From NCBI GenBank assembly GCA_951406725.2, contig OX597814.1, forward strand, positions 27,032,001-27,096,000: DNA of 64,000 bases. Direction: 5' to 3'. Under the pieces are notes generated by a model that did not search any database, was not told the DNA's origin, and was given only the letters and a program-made list of their open reading frames with translations. Positions 27,665-38,833 of this stretch are shown here, one piece after another (position 1 is the first letter of the stretch; the number at the start of each line of letters is the position of its first letter). The translations under genes and the position numbers were made by a program. This DNA comes from Octopus vulgaris. Taxonomy: Eukaryota.

Positions 27665-27976
27665 TTGCCTTGACATGTGATGGCTATGAGCAAACATTAT
27701 TTGTTTCCAATCTTCTGTAAAAAAAACATGTCCAGTGACGGGGAGATATTACCTTGCTTGGAAACAGTTGGGAGGTTAATGACAAGGAAGGCATCCAACC
27801 AGAGAAAATCTACCTTACCAAATTCTGTTTGACTCATGCAACCATGAGAAAGTGGACATTAAAATGATGATGATGGTAATGGAAGTGGCATCAATAGCTT
27901 AAAAATGCTTAAAATAGGAGGTTTTATATCCTTGATACCAGAAATATTTCAGATGGAATGGTCTCAAAAGGGTCAA
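27275..27976 (-). mobile_element. piggyBac-like MITE interrupted by a SINE
   Basis: Starts TTAACCCTTT and ends AAAAGGGTCAA; internal blocks match the reverse complement of 4159-4373. Confidence 0.6.
27460..27875 (+). mobile_element. SINE family A, near full length, with internal (TG)n
   Basis: Head 'gtgtaggcatagctgtgtggtt' and tail 'gtggacattaaaatgatgatgat'. Confidence 0.8.
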
Positions 27977-29879
27977 ATATATTTTCTTTTTGCCTACCTA
28001 ATTGATATTCAACCAATTTTCCAACATAGACAGTAAAGATATTTTTCTCCTTATAGAAAGTAATCTATAAGTTATACAACTTAGCAAAGTTTCAAGATAA
28101 TGTTTAGTTTGTAAATCACTGTGCAAGGTGGTTATTTGTACAGTATTTCATTTTCTCAAGTGTTAGAAGCTATGTCTGTCACATTGAACTATTATTATCG
28201 AAACTAGAAGTCTGAAAAACACTTAGGTTGTTGCATTTTATTGAATTATATTTATGTTTATCTCTTATATAATTTTAGTATTATTCTATACTAGCATTTG
28301 TAATTTTTATTATATAACTTTTGCAAACTGTACACCCCTTCTCTGCTTACATTTTTCCAGTAATCACTTGACCTGAAGATGTTCAGGTTGGACATGAGAA
28401 AATCTGTTTCATTTATCAGAATGGACCTGCTATAAAGGTCTTGAGCATTACCCACTCCTCCTTTGGCCATCTTTTAATACACACACTCACACACATGTAG
28501 GATCTGTCAATCAACGTTGACTATACTATCTGCATGTGCAAGCTCAGGCCTGGATAAGATGTTTTTGAGGAAGACTAGCAGTTACCCATGCATACAAGTG
28601 TCTCTTCTTCACATCAATGTTTATCCAAGGGAAAGGCTACCAGCTGGGGTCTGATGCAGCTTGGCATCAGACTTGCTACAGATTTTGCTGTCTGAACACA
28701 AAGTACTGGAACAAATACCACAATACATTTTGGCCACCTTCTAACTACTCACCAATCCTTTACTCTGGGCTGGTACCTTTTTTCTTATTGACCCTAAAAT
28801 AATGAAAGGCAAAGTTGACCTTAGCAGGATTAGAACAAATACTGCAAGTTATTCTATCCAACACTCTAATGGCTTTGCTAATTGACTGCCCCATAAATAA
28901 AGCATTCCCAACGCAAATCCTAAATGTAAATGTTTTTTTGACAACTGAAAAATAATCAATCATTCAGTAAGTATGTGTAAATGTTAATTTATGAGAAAAG
29001 TTGAATACAAGAATATTGAGTAAAAAACAGCAGGGATCAAATACATTTGGTTGATGTATCTGAGGGAAAGATGCCCTTGCTATAATAAGAGTGAAAGATG
29101 AACATTCTCAGAGAAAAAATGTTAGCCAAATAGAGATAATTAATAATTAAATAAGCAGAGATAGTAGAATTAGACAGGAAACATTATAAAATAAAAAGAC
29201 AGTCATTGACAAATGACTGCTCCTCTTATAAAACTGAAAGTTAAATTTCAAGTCAGAGGACAAAGAGAATTGTTGAGACTGTACACACACATAGCCAGAA
29301 CTTTCTGTCAATAAGGAAAAGCCTGAACTTGGAGTGCAACTATCACCATCTGAAAGGTACAAAATAAATGACCAATAACAAACAGCAACACAAGAATGCA
29401 ACAAAAATAAAATACAGCCACACTGCATCTCCTAGCACCAATCACTGAAGAATTTCATTAGACAGAAGAAACTATGACAAAATCTATCACCAAACAAATA
29501 AGGAAATACAACAAAACATTTGCACAAAAGACCACCCTAGAAAATATGAAAGTCAGTATAAGCCTTCAGATTCAACAGTCTTTCAGCAGCCATCAACTCA
29601 CAGCACTTGGAACACAAACCCATTATCGACCAAAACATTACTCCTCATAATTAACTCTATACACAAAATGTTTCCAGTGTTGCTACTGAATAAGAAAGCA
29701 CATACATCAAGATCCTTAGAAAATTACAAACATCAAACAATCTGTTTCAACATTCTTATTAAATGTATGTGTCATTACTCATCATGCAAAATTGAAAGAT
29801 TCTATATATGGAGTGTTGGACTGCTGAAATGACATACCTGCATATCTGTCTTCATCCTAGAGGAGACTTGCCTAATCAA

Positions 29880-30550
29880 TTCGCACATGGATATTGAGTT
29901 GAAAATCAAGAATTCCACTATCATTTGTGCAGATTGAACCGGTCAAAAGATAGGAGAAGTCATTTTATTTGTATTTTTTTTCTATTATTTCCTCATCATT
30001 GATGCAAAGGACATATTTTCCAGTGACTATTGTGAATTTGTGTCAGTATAAAATAAACTTAATGACTTAATCATAGTTGGTCTCCACAGGCCTCATCAAG
30101 TACCTCTTCAGTGTCTTCTAGAGTGCCTAAACAATGTTCTTTCTCTAAAAACACAATTCTGAGAACATATTAGTGATGGGTGATTTTAACTTTCCTTATG
30201 TGAACTGGCCTACGCTGAAACCATGTATTTGCATCTTAATGCCAGACAAAGCAGCATAATTGCTTTTTGGGATAAATTTTTCCTATACCAACATGTACTT
30301 GAGTCAACAAGTCAAACCAAGAATATCCTGCACCTAATATTAGTAAATCACTCTTGTTCCATCCATAACATTTCAGTCAAGAAATCTCTTCTCTGTGACT
30401 ACAACACAGTTCAATATGCCAAAGCCAAACCAGTCACATTCACCCAAATGAACCTATTCGACAGCATAAATCTTCACAAAGCAGACTGGGAGGATAACTT
30501 TGCTATCATTAACAACATTAGTATATTAAAACAAGTAGAGCAATGGTGAT
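29880..30550 (+). mobile_element. CR1/L2-type LINE relic, APE endonuclease domain
   Basis: Fragments read IIVGLHRP, ILVMGDFNFPYVNW and LYQHVLEST..KNILHLILVN..IHNISV..LCDYNTV, matching the APE motifs YRP, GDFN, LDL and SDH. Stops and frameshifts are present. Confidence 0.75.
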
Positions 30551-30763
30551 GGAAATTTTTGACCTTTTAACTCCTTGACCAGTATTATACTTATTCACAA
30601 AGTTATCATACTCCTAAATTCTTCCTCGAAATGGGTTGCTTTGTTTAAATATACATATCAGAATGTTTCTTTTGATTTCATTGGTTTTACTTACTCTGTT
30701 TATGCTAGTTTTGCATATTTACTCATTGAACAAAATTATAAAGAAATATTTCATTTCTTGCAG

Positions 30764-31007
30764 TTACAATATTGGAAAGCAAGTGAAGGACGAAGTGAAA
30801 TGAAAGAAGTTGATATCTATGTGAGCCGAAATAGCAATGAACGTGGTGACCATCGACATCATCGGTCACATCACCGAGGACAAGACATACGAGCAACAGT
30901 CACTAACCTTCCAGCATACACAGCAATGAGAGCCCAAGTGTGTGTCATGAATACACACTTTGTGGGACATCCAAGCAACATTGCAAATTTTCACACACCA
31001 GAAGGAA
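30764..31007 (+). CDS. Nrg: Neuroglian/L1CAM-family exon, second half of FnIII-3 (phase 0 to 1)
   Basis: Acceptor tttcttgcag, donor gtaagt. Peptide LQYWKASEGRSEMKEVDIYV...VTNLPAYTAMRAQVCVMNTHFVGHPSNIANFHTPEG ends in the L1-family FxTPEG motif. Family assignment is from recalled similarity, not a search. Confidence 0.85.
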
Positions 31008-31605
31008 GTAAGTAGCTTTTTGTACTCCAAACATAGTTTCAATCAACCTCACTTGTCTGTTTATTTGTCAGATGATCGGATAATATCAACTACAGAAACA
31101 AAATAATGAGCCAACATAAATAAAGATGGTGAAACAAATTTAACAAGTCTGATGTTTATTTTGACATTTTAAACAAGTTCATCTGAAAGTAGCCGTAGGT
31201 TTCCTATTCAGTGAGCATAATGACAGCTGCAAAAGAAAATTAACCAGAGTCTTTTACCTACATCTCAAATTTCTCCATTTTCAAACAATATAAATAATAT
31301 AATCCCCAGAGTATACGTTGGCTATAAACCAAAGTAATTCAGATAAGGGTCATACCTACATAATTTAAGCTTTGGGTATGAAGCTATTCAACTGATGAAA
31401 AAAGCAAAAATATAGATGGGAAAGATATGGAGGTTCATAGATAAAATTATAGATTAATTAAAGTAGATCTTCAAATATTCATATGTGAGAATGTTTTCTC
31501 TTCACTTGTCGCGCTAATGATTCACCTTCTGTAACACAAAGAAAATATTAACCACCACAAATCTAACTTGCTGAAGTACACCGTTTTTAAAATATATTTT
31601 GATAA

Positions 31606-31804
31606 CACCTGTGCAGGTGGCACGTAAAGAGCACCCACTACACTCACGGAGTGGTTGGCGTTAGGAAGGGCATCCAGCTGTAGAAACATTGCCAGATAAG
31701 ACTGGAGCCTGGTGCAGCCTTCTGGCTTCCCAGATCCCCGGTCGAACCGTCCAACCCATGCTAGCATGGAGAACGGACGTTAAACGATGATGATGATGAT
31801 GATG
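31606..31804 (+). mobile_element. Young RTE-type 3' tail/SINE fragment
   Basis: 'gagtggttggcgttaggaagggcatccagctgtagaaac...ggacgttaaacgatgatgat' with CpGs intact. Confidence 0.8.
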
Positions 31805-32309
31805 AACATTATCATGTCTGGTTGTGATTGGTTATACCTCTTACTCATCATATTTATTTCATATTCCAACAAGGAAAAAAATCTGCATTTATTCTACAAA
31901 GACAAAACTGAGTTAAAAGAAAGCATAGGTAGCATTAACTGATTTTATAGTGAAGAATGTAACATTGGCAAATTTAAAGACGTTGCTGACATAAGTATCA
32001 TTGTTGACAATATTAATAACAAACTTTAAAATGACTCAGACAACACATTTTTATGAAAGGTGTGTAGTCAGCTAGATTTATTTCAGCAATACTATATTAT
32101 ATTACAATTTTACTGATATAGGAATACTGTGGGAAAATATTGGAACAATGTTGGACAGAACATTCAGGACTAATCTATGGTACTAAATAAGTGAAATATT
32201 GTAATGTAGTGGTACATCATATACACATCACCACTACACTGTAGCACCACCACCCCATGGTACAATTTCATAGTTGCAAAATTAGTAGCCTTATATTACA
32301 ACATTCAAT

Positions 32310-32510
32310 AAACAATGGATCATCTATGTGGCTCCTCAGCTTGCTAAAAACAGCAGTCATACCTCCCTCAAGTTTCACCCTACTATCTTAAAACATGGAA
32401 GGACTCAGTGGATAAAGTAACTTCTGATATACAAAAAGTCAAGATTGCTACAGCTGGAGTGCCTTTTGACTATAAATCTGCACATCAAGGCTAAACTAGA
32501 GTTAAAAGAT
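32310..32510 (+). mobile_element. Old dispersed repeat family ('ctagaaatagcagccaaatctccctcaaatcacaccctac')
   Basis: Related decayed copies at ~1690-1810, ~5040-5290 (-), ~39490-39730 and ~58770-58820 (-). Confidence 0.55.
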
Positions 32511-33039
32511 GGAACTGACCTTTATGTTAGATTATAAATCGAAGAAAATCTTTGAAGTGCCAGATGTGACAGCATTGAAACATTATCATTTTACATCTGT
32601 TTTCCATGCTGGTATGAGTTGACTGGGTCACCATGGTCTAATTCAGTTCTTAGTCAGACTTATTTCCCTTCAAGATGAGTCAGAAGACCATAGATCATTC
32701 ATATGTCCAAGTTTTTTTAGCATAATTTCAATGGCCAAATGCTCTTCCTTATATAAATCTCTTTACAGAATACACAGGATGTATTTTATTGTGGCACCAA
32801 CACTATGAAGGTTGCCATGGTGAAAAGAATCCTCTTACCAGATCTTAACCACTAAACAGAGTATATTGGGGGTATTTTAGTATGATACAACATAATACAC
32901 AGTTATCTGCAACTTTGCATATGGAATACCACCTACAATTAAATTTTAATCAAATTTCATTTCATATAAAGAAATTTGAGGAAACTCAGTTGTAAGAAAA
33001 CAAACATTTGAATATTGATAATATTTTTTTTCTTTCCAG

Positions 33040-33162
33040 AACCAGGCCCTGTGCAAAATCTAAGAATAGAATCTTATGGAGTTACATTTGCTCTTTTGAA
33101 ATGGCAACAACCAAATGAACCAAATGGAAAATTACTTGGTTATGACATTGGCTACCAATCAG
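33040..33162 (+). CDS. Nrg: Neuroglian/L1CAM-family exon, first half of FnIII-4 (123 nt, phase 1-1)
   Basis: Acceptor tttctttccag, donor gtattt. Peptide (K)PGPVQNLRIESYGVTFALLKWQQPNEPNGKLLGYDIGYQS has the FnIII W..P..PNG.L.GY motif and is in frame with both neighbours. Confidence 0.9.
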
Positions 33163-33286
33163 GTATTTTTTATTTCACCCTTTGCTTTTATCTAAGCACA
33201 GCAGCCACTATAAATATATGGAAATATATACAGATACGTATGTTTGTGTCCATGAAATTATATATCAGTATATGTGTACTTATTTT

Positions 33287-33333
<47 letters not shown>

Positions 33334-33836
33334 ATATGAATATGTATACATGTGTTCAACTATATATATGTATGCCTGCAGATAATATTTGAAAATTTCC
33401 CAAGGGAACCTTCAACATAAAGAATGCATAGTTAAGCGCAGGCTATCGTTCTTGAGATGGTGAAACAAAAATCATTCTTAATTGAAATTAAAACTCTAAT
33501 GAAAAGAAAAATATTCAGCATTAAGCAAAATTGTTCTAAGAAAAGGCAAAGGAGAGAACTTCTGAAATTTCAGTCATCCAGTATACCAAAGGAAATAAGG
33601 CAGGTGATGGAGAGAGTCTGGTTTTTAGTAGCTATGATGATGATGTATAGAAATAAGAGAGCCAATTAACTGATTGCATAGTTTTGACCATGCAAATGTA
33701 AGATTGGTTTTACATAGCAAATCTCATGTGTAGCACCAGCCAACCTACTAAACAGCAGACAGTCCGAGCCATCATCAAGCTTCTATATGGATTCTTGACT
33801 TGCAAGAAAAAAGCAGTCATATCACCTGCAAACTAT

Positions 33837-34065
33837 GTGGAAGCACTCCGTCGGTTACAACGACGAGGGTTCCGGTTGATCCGATCAACGGAACAGCCTG
33901 CTCGTGAAATTAACGTGTAAGTGGCTGAGCACTCCACAGACACGTGTACCCTTAACGCAGTTCTCGGGGATATTCAGTGTGACACAGAGGGTGACAAGGC
34001 CGGCCCTTTGAAATACAGATACAACAGAAACAGGAAGTAAGAGTGAGAGAAAGTTGTGGTCCACT
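33837..34065 (-). mobile_element. Young retroposon insertion with a 13-bp target-site duplication
   Basis: CpG-rich 229-bp island flanked by acctgcaaactat at 33824-33836 and 34066-34078. Strand is tentative. Confidence 0.75.
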
Positions 34066-34387
34066 ACCTGCAAACTATATCTTACTATAGATTAGGTGAT
34101 ATAATTCTAAATACTTATTGTGGCTAAAAATAAATATGAGACCATTACAGCTGGAATGTCTTTAATCTTGAGCTTGACCACAACAAGAGAAGTTAATCAA
34201 GCTGTTCCAAGATTGCTTTAATTTTAACAGTAATGATTCACTTTGATTTCAGTGCTCTTTTCAAATGTTTATCAAGATGTGAAGATCTATAATGACAATA
34301 CAATAAGCTACACTAATTTTGAGTGTTCTTATTTCTAATTAATGTGTTAATGCTACAGTTAAACTTATTGATTTGCTTCTTCAACAG

Positions 34388-34573
34388 TTGACTCCAATAA
34401 AGCAGATGGCAAAATTGAACTCTTGAAGCCACAAATTGACAACCCTACCACACTTGGGGCAAGAATTACAGGCTTGAAAAGAGATCATAATTACAGGTTC
34501 TATGTGTGGGCTCGAACAAAAGCTGGTAAAGGTGCCAACAGTGTTGTAAACGTTAAAACGATGTATACCTACC
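34388..34573 (+). CDS. Nrg: Neuroglian/L1CAM-family exon, second half of FnIII-4 (186 nt, phase 1-1); not in the ORF track
   Basis: Acceptor ttcttcaacag, donor gtaagt. Peptide VDSNKADGKIELLKPQIDNPTTLGARITGLKRDHNYRFYVWARTKAGKGANSVVNVKTMYTY has the FnIII GL....Y.F.V.A.T..G.G motif. Confidence 0.9.
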
Positions 34574-35567
34574 GTAAGTAAACCACCTCCTGCTCCTCTG
34601 TTACAGTACAATACGAGTAGTAACAAATAATGTTTGTAGTAGTTTCAGTAGTAATAATAGCAATAGTGAATATTACTAATGATTAGATTATTAAGTCTTG
34701 TCTTTTTTCCTTACAACTAATATTTGATGTATTGCTTTAAAAAAAAAAAAAATTACAAAAAAGCCTATCATGTAAAAAAAAATAAACCAAATTTCCTGTG
34801 TTTTCTTATTCAAAGCCTTTTGCAAAATTTGACAATCACTTGTTATTTATAAAAACAGACATGCATATTAAGCATGTGTAAGAGAGTGAATGTTCTTACA
34901 ACCAAATGGCATGATTTTGTTTTGGCTTTTTGGTCATTCATAAGAATGCATGAATGAATGATCTTCATCAAATTCAATCTTATTGTTGTTGATTGTGACT
35001 ACATCACTAAGTTATTCTGAGTTAATTAGAGCATCCCTTTATATAAATCCTTTTATAATACTTTTGCTGAGTTTGATAATCAGACTAACAAACTACACCT
35101 GTATCTAGTTTTCAAATCAATCATCCTCTGTTCTCTGCTCACTCGTGGCTATAGAACATGTCCACATCACCAGGTGTTTGGAATCAGAGTAAAGAGAATT
35201 TAAAAGAAATTTACAGACTAGAGTATTTAGACTTTCATTGATCAGTCTAGGACATGAAGTTGTTATAGCTATATTAGCAAAATCATTTTTTTTTAACTGG
35301 CATGTCTGTGGTAGAGAAGACAGAATGCTAGCATTAGTTATTCAGCATTCTGTCTGCTCTACAAATGAAAGAACTGATATTGCTATGACAGCTAAAGCAA
35401 CCACATTCCCTCAATTTAATGATGAAAGTCTAAGTACTCTTATCTAGAAGCCATTTTAAATTTCTTTTAAATTCTCTTTAATCTGGCTTTGAACATCTGA
35501 TGATGTGCACATGCACATGCACTGCAAAACTATAAATAATATGGAACTGAGTCAAACTGTTATACAA

Positions 35568-35603
<36 letters not shown>

Positions 35604-35710
35604 TGTATGTATGTATGTATGTATGTATGTATGTATGTATGTATGTATGCATGTATGTATACATACACATATATGCATATGTCTGTCTGTGTGTGTGTAT
35701 GTATATGTAT

Positions 35711-35766
<56 letters not shown>

Positions 35767-36189
35767 GATAAACCTATATGAAGTTTTTCCATCATTATGA
35801 ATAATCCACTTAAGCACTCAGGAGTTAATGAGTTGAGCAAAAGGTAAATGAGTAATATAAGATGTGGATTCAGAGAGTCGTGCAACTATCACAAAAAGCT
35901 TCCCTTAAGAATTCAGCTATCACTATATATAGTAAACAATGACAAAGAAGTGTGACGTAGAGTGTCCATGTGACTGAATATCCAGAAGATCCACTTGATG
36001 AAATTATTTCATGAAGAGTATATGAAACCATAAAGTCAGGAGGTGTACACACATGCACACACACACACACATATTGTTACAACAAAAGAGTTTAGAAACA
36101 TGAGATAAATTATTTTGAACAGTGGAACCCAAAGCAGATAAAGCTATAAATATAGTGTGTAAATATTGAGTTAAAACCACAAATATATA

Positions 36190-36516
36190 TGTGGCCTATG
36201 CCAGTGGTGTATAATCAGTCCACTTATGAGTACCTTTCATTCATTGGACAATAAACTATGCTTGCGAAGACCTGCTGAGGCAAGTGAAATCGAAATTGCT
36301 GACATGGCCAATGATAGTACCGCCTGGCCCTCATGCCAGTGACACACAAAAGCACCCACTACACTCTCGGAGTGGTTGGCATTAGGAAGGGTATCCAGCT
36401 GTAGAAGCTTTGCCAGATCAGATTGGAGCCTGGTGCATCCTTCTGGCTCGCCAGTCCTCAGTCAAACAGTCCAACTCATACCAGCATGGAAAGCAGATGT
36501 TAAACGACTATGATGA

Positions 36517-36520
<4 letters not shown>
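36190..36520 (+). mobile_element. RTE-type 3' tail/SINE fragment
   Basis: Same family as 31606; ends gatgatgat. Confidence 0.75.
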
Positions 36521-36552
<32 letters not shown>

Positions 36553-36921
36553 GATAGATACCAGTATGTATACATGTATATAATATCCATACAAATGCAT
36601 AATGGTTCTAGTTGATACAGCATTTCAACTTGATTTAGTCTCTTCAGTCTCTGGGTTTAGTCTCTGGGCATACTAAACTAAGCTGAAAAATACTTGTTCC
36701 TATATAGAAATCAGTAAAGAAAACATTGACTGATTTGTGCAAAAGCTACTCAGACTAGAATTAAATTAATATACGCATTAAAAGCGTGGTGTATATACAC
36801 ATTTATAATGTGAATACAAACATGTTTAGCACTAGCACTAGCTACTATATCTTGTCTCAGAGAAACTTCTCAAAGAGACTTTTGTATCAAAAATACATAA
36901 CCCAGAACCATGCAGTCATAG

Positions 36922-36953
<32 letters not shown>

Positions 36954-36974
36954 TGTATTGTCCCATGATGGTAA

Positions 36975-37110
36975 GATCATCATCATCATCATTTAACGTC
37001 TATTTTCCATCCTGGTATGGGTCGGAGAGTTTGACAGGAGCTGGCAAACCAGAAAACTGTACCAAGCTCCACAGTCTGTTTTGGCATGGTTTTTACAACT
37101 GAATGCCCAG
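36975..37110 (-). mobile_element. RTE-type 3' tail fragment, inverted
   Basis: 'catcatcatcatttaacgtctattttccatcctggtatgggtcgg' is the reverse complement of the family tail. Confidence 0.7.
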
Positions 37111-37623
37111 GCCCCATGCAGACACTATTCTTATTAATAATTCCACTATTCTATCTTCTTTATGTGTATGTGAATGAGAGTTTGGGGTTTTTTTGTTTTA
37201 ATTTTTTGTTGTTGTTTCTTTCTTTTTTTCCATAAGTTTTGTCATTTTGCAAAGGCTGGAATAAGAAAACATTTGTATTTAAGCAACAGCAATACTTTTG
37301 TTGTTGTTGTTGTTGCTGCTTTATTGTGTGTGGGTTTCTGTGCTGCTTTAAAATATTTCTTTTTAAACTCTTTGTTGCTGTTTCTACCCCACCTCTACAA
37401 TGGCTAATTTCATGACAATATTCATTTTCTCTTTTTTTTTGCTGCTGCTGCTGTTGCTGTGGTTGCTATTGTTATTGTTTGCAACAACTAGCTGATTCAT
37501 CTAATTTAGTTCTCTTAATTTGCTTTTTAGTTCTAAATCTCTTTTAGACATTATGCGTAGTTCTGCTACTGTTTACAATGAATATTTGGAAATGGTCTTT
37601 AACAAATAAAAAAAAAAAAGAAT

Positions 37624-37673
<50 letters not shown>

Positions 37674-37961
37674 AGTCTCTTTTATTAAAAAAAAAAAAAA
37701 GAATAAAACTTGAAAACTTTACCAACAATTTTGGAAAAATATTTTTCAGAATGCAAATATTTCTAATATTAATTGATTTTTCATTTCTTTTTGCTCCTCT
37801 ATGATTTTGGATTACTTATGCGAGATTATATATGCAGATAAATATATAATACATATACCTACATATATATATATATACATATTTGAAATTACTCTATATA
37901 TATGCATACATACAGGTGAGTGTGCATGTTTGTGTGTGTATATATATATGTGTGTATGTAT

Positions 37962-38010
<49 letters not shown>

Positions 38011-38780
38011 TACATACACACATAGATGCATATATTGGCAACTTCCATAAACATATAATTGTACACACACACAACTCACACACAATACACACACATCACA
38101 AATGTATACATTTATATATATTGATATAAGGAGACACACACACACATACACACACATTTACTGTTATCAACAAGAAAAAGGAATCATTCCTGATTATCTA
38201 TATTCTACCACAATCTATTATAGAGCAGTTAAAAGGAATTTATTAAGCATTTCCATCTTACATTTTTCTCCCACTCTCTCTCTCTTCCCTTTTCCAAAAT
38301 ACCTCTAGATATGAAAAGTTTCCTAGATTATTTCAGTTTACTTTTGAAGATTTTCAGATATATCGTATTGGGAAAGATTATTATTTGAAGCTGTTCTTTT
38401 TCACTTATTCTCTTATTCTACTTTCTTTCCTTTCTTTTTGGTGGTATGTGGAGAAGTCTCACATGAAGAAATAGCAAAGTGGGGAGGAAGAGTTCACAAA
38501 TGCATATAAGTGAGGATGAGAAAGAGATAAAGAGAGAGGGGTGCAGTTATGAGGATTATAGAAAAAAGAGAATAGGGAAGAGGAATATGTAATATGTACG
38601 TGAAAGTGTTTCCACCTGTGTACATGAGCAAGTGTGTGTCTGAGTTGTATGTATGCATATATATATATATATATATATAAACTCCAGACACATATGTATA
38701 TATATATACACACATAGACATATACATGTGTCTATACCTGTATGCATATATATGTGCATACTAATGTGTATGTACATATA

Positions 38781-38833
<53 letters not shown>

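Noticed and set aside
30575-30763. 5' extension of ORF 30575-31015 (and the 3' extensions of ORFs 33015 and 62314)
   Set aside because: Intronic read-through beyond clear splice sites; only the exon portions look like FnIII.
34381-34626. Minus-strand 81-aa ORF
   Set aside because: Antisense shadow of the real + strand exon 34388-34573.
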